In this document: one piece after another, positions 62,582 through 64,000 of the stretch
How positions within the stretch are numbered: position 1 is the stretch's first letter
How the letters are laid out: the number at the start of each line of letters is the position of its first letter
Source: Escherichia coli
GTDB lineage: Bacteria; Pseudomonadota; Gammaproteobacteria; Enterobacterales; Enterobacteriaceae
Assembly (NCBI RefSeq): GCF_013122565.1
Contig: NZ_CP053258.1
Length of the DNA stretch: 64,000 nt
Reading direction: 5' to 3' (one strand)
Translations under genes and position numbers: made by a program
The notes under the pieces: model-generated
What the model saw: the letters and a program-made list of their open reading frames with translations, nothing else
What the model was told of the DNA's origin: nothing
Database searches by the model: none

Positions 62582-63814
62582 TTATGCGACGGGGTCTATT
62601 TCCCAGCCAGTGCGGCAATCAGTAAAGAGACCTTGCGGGCAGCGTCCTAATGTCACCCGCGTTGCCTGCTGCCAGCTCGCGAAATCAGTAATCGCCTGAC
62701 GTAACCCTTTTTGCAGCGTTGTCGTTGGTTTAATACCTTCCTGTAACCACAGAGAGATAACTTCAAGGATGCCTATCTGGCGATGCATTTTGGCATCCAT
62801 TCGCCCAACTAATTGCCCACGATGTAATAACGGCAGAACAAAATAGCCATACTGACGTTTCGGCGCTGGGGTATAGCACTCCAGCCGGTAGCTAAAATCA
62901 AAAAGCTGCTCTGCGCGTTTGCGATCCCAGACAACAGGATCAAAAGGCGAAAGTACCGCGCTGTGCGTTGCAGTGAGCTTTCCGGCCAGCGCACGCTCGA
63001 GTAGCGGCAGCAAATCAGCATGCAGCCAAAGATTGCCCAATTTTTCAACATGCACAGCAATGATTTGCTGCTGTTCAGCCCTCGCTTCACGCCACGCCGC
63101 CAGTGCCGGACGTTTCAGCCGATAGTAATCTGCCAGCCACTGTTCGCGGAATATTCCCAGGCTACGCGCACTGTTATCCAGCATGCTGATTTCTGCTTCT
63201 GTTTGCGAAACGAGATCGCGCTCATCATCCCAGTCAGGCATGACACGGTGGGTTAAATCATAAACGCGCTGGAAGTTACGCCGTTCAATCACCATCACCT
63301 TTCCGGCAGTAAATAAACCTTCCAGATGCCGTTTATGCGGCTTCCATTCCCACCAGCCGCTTGCACCTTTACGAGGATGCTCAAAATCGGCTGAACGTAC
63401 CGGCCCCTTATCATGAATATGCTGAATTAACTGTGCAATTTCCGCCTCATGTTCCTGCATCCAGGCGTCTTTGTATTTCCAGCCCATTTTTTCAGGTGCC
63501 AGCATGCGGTGGCGAATAAGACGAAAGTCGCTACGCGGCATAAAGCAGGCTTCATGCGCCCAGTATTCCATTAATTCGCCACGCGCCAGAGACTCATCCA
63601 GCCACTGGGCAGGATAATTTCCCAGACGACTGAAAAGCACCAGATATGGACTACGGGCAACAATATTGATGGTATCGATTTGCAGCAAGGACATGCGGGA
63701 GATAGTTGCCGGAATATCCTCCAACGACGCTCGACGGCGGGGTTTGTTTAACAGGCCTTGTGCGGCAAGGTGAAGATTACGCGCATCAGCAAGGGAGAGG
63801 TGCGGCAGCGACAT
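62582..63814 (-). CDS. ycaQ: Winged-helix DNA glycosylase family protein YcaQ, 410 aa
   Basis: ORF 62582..63814; ATG confirmed 63812-63814. Confidence 0.9.
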   Translation of the reverse strand: MSLPHLSLADARNLHLAAQGLLNKPRRRASLEDIPATISRMSLLQIDTINIVARSPYLVLFSRLGNYPAQWLDESLARGELMEYWAHEACFMPRSDFRLIRHRMLAPEKMGWKYKDAWMQEHEAEIAQLIQHIHDKGPVRSADFEHPRKGASGWWEWKPHKRHLEGLFTAGKVMVIERRNFQRVYDLTHRVMPDWDDERDLVSQTEAEISMLDNSARSLGIFREQWLADYYRLKRPALAAWREARAEQQQIIAVHVEKLGNLWLHADLLPLLERALAGKLTATHSAVLSPFDPVVWDRKRAEQLFDFSYRLECYTPAPKRQYGYFVLPLLHRGQLVGRMDAKMHRQIGILEVISLWLQEGIKPTTTLQKGLRQAITDFASWQQATRVTLGRCPQGLFTDCRTGWEIDPVA

Positions 63815-63850
63815 TCATGACTCCATCAATCGAACGCTGCCGCGGCGTAA

Positions 63851-64000
63851 CTAGTTGCCAGAAGCCAGCGAGGTTAGTTGCGTAAGCAGTTTCGCTGGTT
63901 CTTCACCTGAAAGCTGTGCGTCAACGGGCAAATACCACCAATTTTCTTCTGCAAAGGCCCGGCATTTCACCGCATCTTTTTCAGTCATTACCAGCGTTTG
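63851..64000 (-). CDS. lpxK: Tetraacyldisaccharide 4'-kinase LpxK, C-terminal ~49 codons (gene runs off the window end)
   Basis: Reverse complement translates ...[46 protein letters not shown] then TAG at 63851-63853. Confidence 0.8.
   Translation of the reverse strand, partial: QTLVMTEKDAVKCRAFAEENWWYLPVDAQLSGEEPAKLLTQLTSLASGN

Overview
This window reads as ordinary enterobacterial core chromosome, colinear gene-for-gene with the Escherichia coli K-12 lpxK-to-hyaB interval in reverse orientation (by recall of K-12, not by alignment). I find no novel or undescribed system: every junction is occupied by a recognisable conserved gene, and there is no integrase, transposase, IS element, CRISPR array, rRNA or prophage remnant. 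Gene order is hyaB'-hyaA, serT (tRNA-Ser), yccA, tusE, yccX, rlmI, hspQ, yccU, yccT, mgsA, helD, yccF, yccS, sxy, sulA, ompA, matP, ycbZ, fabA, rmf, pqiCBA, uup, rlmL, ycbX, zapC, pyrD, the elf chaperone-usher fimbrial cluster (ycbF-ycbV-ycbU-elfG-elfC-elfD-elfA), ssuEADCB, pepN, pncB, asnS, ompF, aspC, ycbL, mepK, ldtD, mukB-mukE-mukF-cmoM, elyC, ycbJ, kdsB, ycaR, ycaQ, lpxK'. Start codons were refined from the six-frame track by matching to remembered protein N-termini and checking the start triplet in the sequence. The most informative observations are: an ompA allele that differs from the K-12 protein (as I recall it) only in the surface loops, including a 4-codon insertion, so the source is a non-K-12 strain; the 55-aa rmf gene, missed by the ORF track; and the AT-rich divergent control region between the elf fimbrial operon and ssu. 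Regulatory sites and terminators below were located by reading the sequence; their functional assignment rests on published E. coli knowledge.
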